A stretch of 64,000 nucleotides of DNA. Origin: Podarcis pityusensis (lineage: Eukaryota). The position numbers were made by a program, and so were the translations under genes. Below are positions 24,488 through 37,330 of this stretch, one piece after another. The stretch's first letter is position 1. Every line of letters starts with the position of its first letter. The stretch lies in NCBI GenBank assembly GCA_964106645.2, contig OZ067046.1, one strand, 5' to 3'. The notes beneath the pieces are model-generated. The model was given only the letters and a program-made list of their open reading frames with translations. It made no database searches and was not told the DNA's origin.

Positions 24488-25969
24488 AAAAATAAATCTC
24501 GTTGAGTCCAGTGGGACTTGATCCCAGGTAAGTGTACACAGGATTGCGGCTGCTCTCTAATGCGTGCGTGCCTAGGAGAGGAGGAGTTGGGGGGGGGGGG
24601 AATCCTTGCAGCTCCTTGACCTAGCTCTGCTTTGTTGTTTGTCTACCGGGATGGTCTGGCTGCACTTCTGAACCCCCTCGCTTGGACATCCATCCCACTG
24701 AACCCAGGGGGACTCGCTTCCAAGGCGGCGGATGAGGCTATGTATCTTGTAGTGCAGTTTCAAAAGGACTGGGGAGGTACAGGCAACCATAGCACAACTA
24801 CGAGCGTCTTCAGGTTGCTCTGAACTGTATACACCGTTTACTCTAATAAAAGACCTCTAAGAAGTTTGCCATAGTTTGCTAGAAGATACTCTCTCATTCA
24901 TTTCAATGTTACGTCTTTCCTCCAGCAAGCTCTCTAGGTGGCCGACATGGTACTTCCCTTGCCCGTTTTATCCTCACAACAGCCCTGTGTTGTAGGCCAG
25001 GCCAACTGGCTTCTTCACAAGGAATGGGAGAGGAGCAAAATGTATTGGGCTGACTCCACAAAAGTACATAGATTAATGTGATTCATCAAACTGGAGTTTT
25101 AAGCCTGAATAGCGGCCGAACTGCTAAATCTGAACAGGGAATCCGAGTTTAATTATCTGCTACGTTAATACTTCCCTAGTTATGGCACGCTTTGGTATAT
25201 TAGGTAAATAGGGAAGCGATGCCTATCCAAACTACATCTCCCAGCATCCCTGATTATTGGCCAACCTGGGTGAAGCTGATGGGAATTGGAGTCTAATATC
25301 TTGAGGTTCACATGTTCCCGTGATTGGCAGTAGCCAATCAGATGCCTCTCAAAAGCTCAAAATAAAGTTGAGAAGCCACCTCTTGTTGGGTTTTCTCCAA
25401 CACACCTGTTAATCAGTGATATACTGCACCTGACCATGGAGTTTCCACCTCACACCGACTTACAAGGCTGTTGTGAGGGGGCGGTGAAATCAGATGACAG
25501 AACGAAGCGTTTTTGTACGCATGAAAAGTGCTTCGGATAATACTGCTGATAAGATGACGGTGGTGATGAAAAAGCCCAATTTCATCTTCTTTCTTTGGAA
25601 TTTATTTAAGGAACCGTTGTGCAGGGAGGAAAAGCCGTACACCTGACGCTAAGAAGAGTGGAGCGTAAGAGACTAGATTTATTTTACTTTATTTTCGGCT
25701 TGAGAGGGATCTTCCGAGAGCAAAGCTCCTGGAGGATTTGCAGACGAGGCAGGGAGGGGAAGTCAGGAGGAGAATGGGGGGAAGAGAGGGGCGGGTGCTC
25801 CTATTTCTAACTCGAAACCTGTCCGCTGTGCTAAATAACACGCAGACTTGCCCACATATCCGTCCCCACCCGGGAGAGCCTGATCCCATCTCCCCAGGCC
25901 AGCTGTTCCGAAATCGAGTCCAGTGTCGCCTTCCAATACTACTCCAAATGGAGATAACAAGTTACCTTT

Positions 25970-25974
<5 letters not shown>

Positions 25975-26042
<68 letters not shown>
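25975..26042. repeat. (CT)18(CA)16 compound microsatellite
   Basis: Read directly from the sequence. Confidence 0.98.
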
Positions 26043-26046
<4 letters not shown>

Positions 26047-27149
26047 GCCGTCACCGGACCCTAATATATGCAGCAGTTGCCAGATCGACTGCGGGTGGAG
26101 GGAAGGAGCAATGTATAACGAAAGCTTTAGCCGTGCGCAGGAATATACTAATGGCACAATCTGATTCCTCGTTAATCCTATGTAAAAAGCTTTGTCGCCT
26201 TCCCAATATTGACTGAATGGGTAATTAATGGCTCTTCATCTAGGCGAATAGTCGGTAATCCGAGGCAGGCGAAAGACAACAAGCCAATGGGTTTTAAAAA
26301 GAGAAAGAAAGACAACGACAACAGGTCTATCCAGAGGCTCTGCCCGACCGCCAACCGAGTCATTTTGCAGAAGTGCAGACCCGGGCGCTTTAGTGAGATG
26401 GAAATTGGTGGGAAGCTCACCTGCTCCAGCAAAAAAGATTTCTTTTTTTACTTCTCCCAACCAGTTACCTCAGGATAAAATGGCTGGAATTTGTTTTTTA
26501 ATTTTTATTTTCTCCCTACAGCGGTTTCAAGAGAAAACTGGTTTTTCCCGGGTGTAGAATGGGGGGGGGGGTCTGTAAGCACAGAGAAACGGAGTCCCTA
26601 TTTATTCCAGATTGATTAGTGGTCCACTATGGGATGCTAAAAAGCCTGTTGATCTAGAAGGTGCAGATTTTGTTATTACAGAATTCTAGATCTTGTCAAA
26701 TTAAAATTTGCCTGGCCGAATCAGAGTAGTAATAGGCCCCATTTGCTCTCCCTTGGGTCCATTGCCGGATCAAGGATGGACAACCTTGACCAGGGACCAT
26801 AGTAAATGTATCCGGCCAGAGCAGACGCTACCAAATTTTAACCAAGGTGAGATTAAAAAAGAAAGAAAGTGGGCGACCTCGTTCAAGTTGTAAGAAACCT
26901 GAATACTATTACATATTTTGGGTGCTGGATGCAATGGCCTGAGGATGAGTGAGCAGGTGTGCTCCTGTTTTCTGCATCTCCGTTTCAAAACATCTGAGAT
27001 GAACTCAGTTGTTGGGGCGGGGTTCCCCACGACTTGCTTACCGAAGATTCATCTTGATTTGTTTGCGGGGAGGTTGGACGACGTTGCCTATTTAGCGAGC
27101 ATCCACAGTGATTTGTATGAGAGAAGATTAGACAACTTTGCATCAATTT

Positions 27150-27375
27150 ACTATCATTATTTATTTCGCATTTATAGTCCACCTTTCCTCCAAAGGGTTC
27201 GAGGTGGCTTCCCTTTCCCTATATGATCCTCACAAGAACCCTGTGAAGTGGGTCAGACTGAGAGGCAGTGGTTGAGCCAAGGTCGCCCTAGTGAGTTTCA
27301 TGGTTGTTGCGGGTTTGAACATTGGCCTCCCAGCTCCTAGTTCGAGACTCTAACCACTACATCACGCTGCCTGTC
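27150..27375 (-). mobile_element. Older MIR/CORE-like SINE (similar fragments at ~24910-25010, ~25445-25530, ~27860-27955)
   Basis: ATCCTCACAAGAACCCTGTGAAGTGGG...CCAAGGTC...CTCTAACCACTACATCAC. Confidence 0.7.
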
Positions 27376-28037
27376 CCACACTCTCCAGTGCATTTCTCCG
27401 TCGCTTCCTTTGGAAGTCCCGTCTTTTTTGGGGGTGGGGAGTTTGGGTCCAACTCTAATTGCGCAGCCAGAATTTGCCGGTATGTGATTGAACTCCATTC
27501 GAAAATACCGACAGCGCCCTCCGTGTGTTAAGGTTGGACGCTATGCTGAACAGTTGATGTGAGCCATCTCTGGCAAACTGAAGAGGAAGTCCACAAGTCC
27601 CACCAGGTTGGTGCACACACGTTCCAGAGGGAAGTCAATGGACTCCGTTTAGGGTTCAGATGCTCAGGGCTAGATCCACCAATCTGTGAATAACTTTTCT
27701 GAGCGCAAAGAGCGGGATATTTGGCATGCTGAGAGTGGCAGAGGGGAGCATGGCTGCGCACACGTAAGGCTTCTTCTTAAACAGACTGTGGAGCGAGAGA
27801 AGCAGGAAACCAGGCGGGGAGGAACTCCAATAACCAATGCCTCCGAGACCCACTGTGTGCGGCTAATGTTGCAGCCACAGAGTGGAGATGCAGGTTATCG
27901 GGCAACTCTGAGCCAATCGGTCCGATCTACCTCACAAGGCTGTTGTGAGATAAAAAGGCCGTTTGGAAACGCGTGGGTGGGATGACCACTAAATATCAAG
28001 GTAATGATAACCTTTTATTGATCCAAGATATTTCAAC

Positions 28038-28079
<42 letters not shown>
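28038..28079. repeat. (TAA)n microsatellite
   Basis: Read directly from the sequence. Confidence 0.97.
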
Positions 28080-28080
<1 letters not shown>

Positions 28081-30469
28081 CAACTAACACCAAGTGGTTG
28101 TCGTCGTCGTAACAGTGGCAACGGTAGTAGCGGCATTTATTCTATTTAATAACTCTTCTCATTGGTGGCAGTGGCCTCCCTTGGTCAGAAGGGCGAGATA
28201 TAAATGTAACAAACAAACAAATCGCATTCCATTTCAGCATTATCGTTAAGAATATTTATTCCATTTGTTTGTTTATGATGTTGTTCCAGTTGTAGCAGCA
28301 GCAATTCCAGTAGCAGTGATAGTATAAATGGACCAAGGAAATGAGGGGTGAGAGAAAGAAAGGAGAACGAAGTACCGTCTTGCGCCTCCTTCGCTACAGT
28401 CTTTTCAGATTTCGAGTGGGCTCTACGGAGGCAGAGCGGGGTGGGTGGGTGGGGCAATTGTAGACAATTCTGAATCGCTCTGGAAGCGTTTAGGCCCCAT
28501 GGCGTCAAAGATTCTGGCAGATCCTTCCTGGTATTCTGGTATTCTCTTCCCTCTTGTTTCTTCAAAGGCGCGTGCAAACGTTGTGTTCGTCTCCAACCTG
28601 ATGAAGTGATGCCTGCTGCTATAGTCGCGATGGCTAAATGATATCTCACCTCCAGGAAAAGACGGCTGGGAAGAACAGCGGTTAATGGAGGGCTCTGGCG
28701 CTCAGGTCCTGCTTAGGCGCTCCCTATAAACACCCAGCTGGCCGCTGAGGGATAGAGAATGGTGGTCTGAGCAGGCCTTTGTTCTGATCCAACGGGGCTC
28801 CTCTTGTATCTTCTTATATCTTGATTCCATAACTCTATTCCTAATTGGTTAATCAATTAAGAACTACAACAACTCAGAATCCTGATACTGGAACCTTTGC
28901 TTACTGATTTCTGGCGATCTTCGTTCGTAAAGTATAGGGAAACCCATAGGAATTATTTCAGGACAATTCTATTGTCTATTAGAGAACTCAACCCACAAAC
29001 CGGTTAAGACGTAGTATTAGACTTTAAGCCGAATCAATGGAACTAATCCGGTTTAAATCCTAACACTTCAGTTTAGCTATGCATCCCTTTATGGCCAAAT
29101 GCTTGCCTTACTGGAGCGTAGCTTCTGCTTCAAAATGATCGGCTGATTCTGGGGGCTAAGTCTCTCGTATACCTGAATTTACTCTGGATTTTTAAATTGG
29201 CTTTTTGCTTCTTTAAAACATAGGGGACGTTGTCTCTTGTGCGGTTTATTAACCACAGTCGCTTAAGAATATCATTGGTTATCACTTAGCTATGGTTATA
29301 AGTATCCTAGAAAATCGAAGTGTCATTGAAATATCACTGAAAGTATGAGATTTGTTTCCAAGAAACAACGTGGTTACCAAAATGTAGCGCTTGGAAGAGG
29401 GTGCGAGACAGACCCCTTGATTATCAACCGGTGGTGAGGGAATATTTAATTTAATAAGGCAAAGATTGTCACCAGATGAAGAGGTGAGATCTAAACAGAC
29501 TCCCGTTTCGAGTTCAGCGTTTGAATGGTCATTTGGATGGATGGATGTGAGTCTTCTCTGGCCACAAAGCAAGGAACGCACCCTGGTTTCCCCAAATTTA
29601 TTTAAAACTGTCAGCCTTGTACTTGGCAAGCAGTAGTCATTTCCTTCTTGCTGTTAAAGAGTCAAGTAATTCAGTCGGGTATGGCAGTCGATGCTAAAGG
29701 CGGGTTGGAACAGAAACGAGGGTAAACTTATAGAACCGGATGGATCATTTGCTAAGCGCAACGTGCAACTGCTGGACATTGTTGCATCCAAGGCCACAAG
29801 ATGTTCCTACTTTAAAGAAACTCACCCTATATTTGTTGACTCAAAAGGGTAAGAATGTATAGGATTGCAGCCGACGCAACGGCCATCGGGAAATTATCCT
29901 GAACTCTGCTCATTGCCAGGAATCGGACTTGAGCAATGTCTGATGGGTCTTGTGCAAGAAAGTCCTAGTTTATGGAGGGGGGTGGTAGCGCAAGAAAACG
30001 CCGCCTTGTTCCTGCCTTAGGTTGCAATCTTACGCACATTCACCAGGAAATACGTTCTAGCGAATATTGGACTGCCTCCCCCGCCCCCGTCTTCACGTCC
30101 TGCTCAGGAATAGAGCGATAAACAACTCAGAGTGCAAGGAATGGTGTGGGACTCGGGAGAGGGCAGATTTTGTTGGGTTGGTCGGATGAACAAACAGTTT
30201 AAGAAATCAGAACAGTTTCGCTCTTTCTAGCGTAAGAGTAGTCTCCTTTCTCTTTCCAAAACCAAAGGTTGGCTTCGGCCAGTCTGAACTACAAAACAAA
30301 ACTCTGCCGACCGACAGGCCCTGAGCTAGCATTGGATAAAAGGAAAGTGGCGCCACACACCTCTCGCGAAAAACACACTTTTCTGTCCCAGAAGCCTCCC
30401 CTACGGAAGCACCATGTCCCCTATGAGCACCTGCAGATCTTGTCCTGATTCCTTATCTAGAGAGAGCAG

Positions 30470-30915
30470 CCCACAAGTTGTAGTGATGGCCACCAGCTTG
30501 GATGGCTTTAAACGGCTATTAATTCACGGAGGATAAAGTTGCCAGTGGCTATGAGCCACAATGGTCATCTTCTGTCTCCTCTGTCGGAGGCAGGATGGTT
30601 GTGAATATCAGCTGCTGGGAAGGTCCTGGAAGGAGACTTCCAGCAGACATCTGATTGGCCTGAACGAGCTACCCTACTAGATGGGCCAGTGGTCTGATCC
30701 ACCAGGAATTTTCTCATGTTTGTTTTGGAGGTACCACTTTAGATCTTGCCCACAGCTGGGGATGGACCATGCCTCAATGGCAGAGTACTGCTTACGTGAA
30801 GAAAGTCCCAGGTTTCAGGTAGCATGTGGTGTGAAAGCCTGAAACCCTAAAAAGTAAACAGTCGTGGACTGGATGGAGCAATGATCTGACTCAGCATAAG
30901 ACATCTTTGTTTGCG
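30470..30915 (+). mobile_element. Degenerate CR1 3' end (30470-30722) followed by a Squam3-like SINE (30757-30915)
   Basis: GTGATGGCCACCAGCTTGGATGGCTTTAAA...TAGATGGGCCAGTGGTCTGATCC, then GCCTCAATGGCAGAG...GTCCCAGGTTTC...TCTGACTCAGCATAAG. Confidence 0.65.
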
Positions 30916-33900
30916 TCTATGACAGGTACATTCTCGGTGAAGGTAATTCACCTTGGTCGGTGGGTGGTTTGTGAGTCATGCAAACGCTATGTATGACACA
31001 TATTTTTTACAGTCTTTATGTTTAATTTTGTTTCTGTTTAATATTGTTACTTATGGATTCCCTATCGATTCACACACCCCATTTATTTTCTCGGTCTTTT
31101 CCAGAACACCGCCCCCCCCCCAAGGCTTTTGAGTAGAGCTAGCATCTAAGGCCCAGCATGGAAGAATCTCCCAGATAAGTCCCGGAGAAGGTGCATCCCT
31201 AACTATCCCAGCAAGACGAAACCTGGGCAGTTTTCATTTAGGGAAACGCCCAGATAGTCACACAACAGCCCACTTGTTCCTTGCAATCTGCCTAGGTCTC
31301 ATTCTGTAGTTTACTTATCAGAACAGTTAATCCCGCTTTGACCCATTTTAAACACATTGACTTGGAAGTTCCCATTGATTGCACTTGAAGGTTCTTGGAA
31401 GGCAGTTCCATCGAAATCAATGGGATTTGCTTCCTAACAATTCTGTTTAGGGTTGGGTTGTTGTTTTTATGCGGCTAATCATTGTCTTCTACATTACCCC
31501 AAAATACACGCACTTCTCTTTGCCTTAGCTCAGAGCACACAAATTCTCCTCTGACCTCCCTTGCCAAGCAAAGGTGTTTAGGGTGGTATACGAAATGGGG
31601 ACGGATAGAAAAGATACCTCAAAAACCTGAGCATATCCTAATCGCCTTCCTATGGACATATAAGGTCCATTAGCCAAACTCTTCGTTTGTGTTTTTATAT
31701 CTTTATGATTTCTGGACTCCAGGAGCAAGGTGCATATTTTTTGGTTGCTTAAAACGCGGGAATGGTTCCTTAACGCATTTTTTAACTGCGCATCTGCACA
31801 CGGAAGCTATTTTCGGGTTAAGAGGCTGCAGTCCTATAGCAACTCTTCCTGAGAGTAAGCCCCACTTACCGACAGGTAGACATGGATAGCATACTGCACT
31901 TGAAATGGATCTTGTCGAGAGGGCAAGGAGGGGCTGTAATCCGCTTTAGGAGGGTAGCATTCCGAATTTCTTGAAATGGGATCAAAGTGCTGATCTTGTC
32001 TATATGGGAACAGATATTCCAGGCTATCGTCCATTTCCTTCCTCTCTCTCCCCAATCTCGTCCAGCTTGCTTTGCAGCGAAGGTGGAGGAAGCTTCCGCC
32101 CTGTCTCCCAGGGTGGGTCTCGCGTTCCCATCCTCGCTCGCCGCGCCTGGAGTGGCTGGTTGCCTCCTGCAACGGCTTCCATTGATTCAGAAGGGCCTCA
32201 GGGGATTTGCGTGGAGTGTGAACCCCCCAGTCGCCCCCGGGAGGTTAAGCAGAAACCGGGATATGATTAGTAAACAAATTGTGCAGAAAGGCGCTGGATT
32301 CTTATTGACTTACTTATAGGTCATCTGCTGCCGGTGCTGTGGGAAAAACTATTTACTTTACACATATACTTTATGATCTTGGGGGAATTAGAGGAAATTC
32401 AATAAGAAAACGGCTAGAATCGTTTAAAAACCCCTATTTAAAAGACTTAAGGAAATTAGAGTCTTATCAGATTAAAATCCACTACAAATGTAAGAATATT
32501 GTCTCCATCGAAACGCAGTGGGGTCTAAGGAAAGCGGTGGAGGGGAGAGACAGAGAGGGAGCGCCTTTGTCAAATCGCAGGGATAAACCACGTCATTTAA
32601 ACACCGGGATAATGAGCAGAATGTAAATTAATTTGACCTTCTTTACCAACAGACTGCTAAAACAATACGCAGACTAGTTTAGCGGTCTCGAAGCGAAATG
32701 AGGAGGGATGAGATGGAGGCAGAGAATCCAGAGGACCACCATTAGTCTGGAGGAGGGTGGTGGTGATATTGGGGATGGTTTGCAGAGTCCCCCTCTCAGC
32801 CAAGCTGGGTGCTTTTTATCTCCACAATTTGGAGAATGGAGGCATTTGGACCAACTGCGCCTTAGCTTGTCCAAAAGCCTTCTGAGATGAGCTAAGGCGG
32901 GTTTTAGCGATACCATATGGAAGCTTCAACCTCGCCGTGGCCCTCAGGAAAATTAAACCATGGCAAAGGAGTACTTCTACTCGGGAGTAATCAGAGTTGA
33001 TAACTGCGAATATGGAGTCAAGAGAGGTAGTTATTTCTATTAACGAATGTGGGAGCGCAAGATTGTGATCTGTTGTATGTATGCGGTGCTTAGATGATTC
33101 TTGGGGCTAGGGAGAAATTTGGCAAAGTGCGTAACACTGAGGAATCCACTAGATCGGATGTGTTTTCTATCATCTTCTAACTATTTAGGCTTTGGGATTA
33201 ATTCTCTCTTCCTGTGTCGGTATAACAGCCTCCGTCCTCTCTCGGGAATCTCTAATCTAAATGGGCATTCTGACCAAGCAAAGGATCCCTCAGCATGGTT
33301 AACAAAATTTCTGTTTCCAACGATTCTGTTTTCGTTCCAGCAAAGATTGTACTATATTGTCACACTTTAAAAAACCAAACCCGAAGAATATTAGCAAATC
33401 CCGCATGCAGAGCGCGATAGGAAGCTCATACAAGGGCATTGTTTGTACTGAATTGTCTTAATTAACCTAACTTTCTCTCTCGCTCTAATACAGATAGATG
33501 GATGGACATATATTCTTGTGCGTAAGAATATATCAAAGTCCTTTTATCGTCATGGCAAAAATGTGACATTGTGCGTGTGGGGAAAATAATTCCGGGAGAG
33601 AGAAGGAACGGAAGTTTTCCTTATTGAGGATGCGATAGTAAAGAACGAATTCTGAAGACATTTATTGGGAAGGGGCTCCAATGGTTTTAAATAACGCTTA
33701 CCTGGGGTTGCGTTCCAAAGGAATCCACCGTGAGACTTGTGGTGGGGTTGTGTTAGTGCCTCAAATCAGAGTTTAAACAAGGATCAAATTTAACCTAGCA
33801 TATCGATCGTATAGTCTATTTATATGGTTTTCACTTAATATAATTTACATTGTTTAAATTATATATATAAAGGGTCCTCTTCTCCAGTCCGTCCCCCCCC

Positions 33901-34959
33901 CCCAATAGCGTTTGAATAAATGTATGGATGACATTATATTGGCATATTAAAATAAACGGAGGATAATTTAATTTGGGGGGTTATTTTAACTGAAAATAAA
34001 GAAAATGATGGGACTGACCGCGCGATGTTATTGCACGTTTATTTCAAAGCAAGCCTTTTGGACTTCCCACGGAACTTTCCCCCAACTTTTCCCCAATAAT
34101 TGGTTTGCAAATTAATATGCTTAGGACTGAGTTACAAAATAAGAAATAGAAATATAGTTTAATGGGTTCTTTGATTTTTTAAAAAAATAAAAAGTATTGA
34201 ATTTGAATGAAAATTTGCATTCATGTATATATTTTTATTACGTTTATATATCGCCCTTTCAAATTCTGTGGGTGGTATGTATAGACAATTGAAAAACTGG
34301 CCGTCTCTCTCCATATATCTTACTTTGGACTAGTAGTAATTCATGTTTTCCAAAATGGAAATTTTAAGCGGTCGTGTTTTGTGTCGGTGTACATGGCATA
34401 TTTCCCGAGTACTTTTTCATTCGTGACTGCGAGCCGTTCAGACACTTGCCGCCTTAAGAGATGTGCTTTCCTCACGCTTCCAGCCGGCAAGTCTGCTTTT
34501 AAGGCTTGCCACGGGCTTGGTGGCGCATTTATTTTTTAAGATTTTCTCTTTAAAGTGCGATTTATTTTCTGAGTCATTAAGACGAAGCTTCCGAGGCAGG
34601 AGAAAGAGTCTTCTCAATGCAGCAAAAACTGTCTCTCCCGGAGAGTTAGGTGTCGGTTTTCTAGTCATTTTATCAAAGTTATTTGTGGGGCATATCTAGC
34701 TGTCTCCTGATGTTTTAAAAAAGTAAGAGTTGGAAAGCGTTCTGCAAATTACAGACGCCTTCAGAATAAAATTGTGTTTGTGAATAATCATAATAATATT
34801 GCTTCCATAGGAGACGACTTTCCTCGTTCTTATTTTATACCTCCCCACTTTGCTCCCTTGCAATGCAAGGCTTTGAGAGAAGACCTGACTGGAAGAGCCG
34901 TAGGGGAGGAGGGGGAGAGAAGAGAGCAAGACTTTTAATTTAGCCCTGCCCTAAGTTTC

Positions 34960-35725
34960 TGATAGGGTGGTCTTATTATAGCCTTCGCCGGGGCGTAGCG
35001 CCTCCTGATTGGCTGCGGCGCGCGTCACTCCGAGTCTCAGCGGCGAGTCTAGGACGCGGGGGAGGCAGGAGGGAGGGCAGAGAAGGGGGCCGGGTGATAT
35101 CATCGCCCCGGGAAGGCCGCCTCTGGGTTTAAGTTGTTAGGCAAACAGGGAAGCTGCTGAGCTGCTCGGGGTCCGTCGCTCGCCTGGGCTGGGTAGACCG
35201 GAGCGAGGGGAGACGTGCAGCGACCGAGAGGGGCTTGCGCAGCTAGGCAAAGCTGACCGTCGAGGCTCCTGCTCTTGCAGCAGCCGCCCACGCCTTGGAT
35301 CTAATACAGTCGACCTGAGCCTGTCACTCTGGCCCGGCCCGCGAGTCCGTCGGCAGCCTGGTGATTTATTCATGGTCGGCGCGGTCCGCCGCGGGAGTCT
35401 ATTGCGGAGGGTGCCTTCGCTCTTCTTCGGGGTTTCTCCTGCTTTCGCCCGCAGAGGCTCATGCGACGGGGCGGCCGCCCGTCGAGAGGAGGTGGAGGAG
35501 GAGGGCAGCGACGGCGGGGGGCAGCAGCGTCGCCTTGAGAGCCGAGCAGGGCTGCCTGCTGCGGGAGAAGTGAAACTGACACAGTGAAACTGACAAGGAG
35601 GCGGCGGAGGAGCTTCTGCGGCCGCGTCTCCCGCGCCGAGGGCTGCGCCTCTGTCCACACACGTAGCGCGCACATCCACACCCAGTGTGCAGCCCCCGGC
35701 AGCTCGGGCTGGCTCCCGCAGCCCG
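34960..35725 (+). promoter_or_regulatory. PITX2: PITX2c promoter (inverted CCAAT box at 35008-35012, GC-rich) and ~590-nt 5'UTR starting ~35136
   Basis: CpG island. GTTAGGCAAACAGGGAAGC...GTCGCTCGCCTGGG at 35136 resembles the recalled start of the human PITX2c mRNA. Confidence 0.75.
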
Positions 35726-35984
35726 ATGAACTGCCTGAAAGAGCCGCTGAGACTGGAGCGGCTGGTAGCCGGGAATAAACTGTGCTGCTCCACCTCCCCT
35801 TCCTCCGCTTCCTCCACCTCCTCCTCCGCCTCTTCCTCCTCCTCCTGCCACCACCACCACCACCAGCCGGCCCTGGTCATGGCTTCAGCCCTGACCCCCG
35901 GCCAGCCGCGCTCGGCCTTGGATTCTGCCAAGCACCGGCTGGAGGTGCACACCATCTCCGACACCTCTAGCCCCGAGGCCGCAG
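35726..35984 (+). CDS. PITX2: PITX2 exon 4 coding part (PITX2c N-terminus, 86 aa + 1 nt)
   Basis: Reads [11 protein letters not shown]...[18 protein letters not shown]; donor GCAG|gtaagg at 35985; phase 1 joins exon 5. Confidence 0.96.
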
Positions 35985-36529
35985 GTAAGGGTTCTCCGCC
36001 GGCTCCACGCTGCTTCTCTTTCCCTCGCCACACTATCTCATTATTCTGATTATCAATACAGAGTCTTGGGGGATTAAACTGGGTGTCCCAGTCCTGTGCT
36101 GAGGACGCATAGTGAGGGATTAGAAGGAGAAGGGAATGGAACTATAATTGCAGATGGCACTGCCTTTGTAGCTAGATTCTGGGAAACATTTGGTTTCTCC
36201 TTTTCTGTCGGGAAACAGCGGGTGCGCGGGGAGGCAGAAGAGTTGCACACACGCCCGGCAAATCCAGGCATTTGTCACTGAGAGATAGAAACCTAGCAGG
36301 AAAGACAGCAGGACCCGGGCTTGTAACTGGAATGCAGTCTCCGTCTTGATTTAGCCAGACCATCTCAGTAAAAGAGCGGTGATTGACCCTGTCACTCTGA
36401 AATGTATTTAAAAACAAACAAGCGGGCTCTATGTAAAACAGCACTTACTGCATCTAGTACAAATGTAGTCGAAGCTCTAGGTGAAATTTAATTCCAATAA
36501 AGGTACTGTATAGGAACCCTGTAGGATCC

Positions 36530-37330
36530 TGGGGGGAAAGAGAGTTCAGATTTGCCCATGGATTTCCATCTATCCATAGTGGTTTCCTTCCAGTGAGTCT
36601 TATTGAATATAGTAGGATTGGATTCCGATGAAATATGCATAGGATCGTGGTGTCAAAGGATCCTTTGCACGCTTGCTTGGGAGTAAGTTCGACTCGAATC
36701 AATGGGAGTTACTTCTGAGTAAACGTGCGTGGGCTGTTAAACTGCTACTTCAGGGGCGCACTTCAACCAGCCAGTCCTAGTTGAATACACTGGGACTTGC
36801 TTCTGAGTAAGCGTGTTTAGGATTGGGCTGCTTGATTGCAATCCGAAGTACACCTACCTATGACTCTTCCGTTAAACTGAGTGGAGCCTGGAGGATTGGC
36901 TACTTCAATTTAAGTGTTTCTGCTTGACCGAGGATGCAATGACATATATCTTCATCCAACCCGATCCTACCCATGGTTACTCGGAAGTAAACATGTCCGA
37001 TTAAAATAAATGATATTTGCCTTAATGAAAACATGCCCAGGAATTGCAGTCGTATGTGCTACAGAGACTGCAACTATCACCATGAGCGAGAATGTAGGGG
37101 TCTTCACTGGGCTTAATGGGGGCAATCCCAACAATTTTGAGATAAACACATTTAGTTCTGAAAATATATTCCATCTTTAAAGACACTTCACACTCTCATT
37201 AACTTCAATGGGTGGCATTAAACTAAGTTTTACTGCGAGCAGACCCACTTTAATGAATGAACATGCCTTTGTTTGGGCCATTGATTTCAATAGATCTACT
37301 CAGAGTAAAACTTGGCCGAATACCATGCAA
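36530..37330. mobile_element. Tandem array of about 8 palindromic MITE-like elements in PITX2 intron 4
   Basis: Consecutive degenerate copies of the same GCAATCC/GGATTGC element, plus a related CTACTCAGAGTA variant. Confidence 0.75.

Noticed and set aside
35137-36033. 298-aa antisense ORF over the PITX2c first exon
   Set aside because: Shadow of GC-rich, repeat-rich sense sequence; the poly-W and poly-E runs mirror the CAC/TCC repeats.
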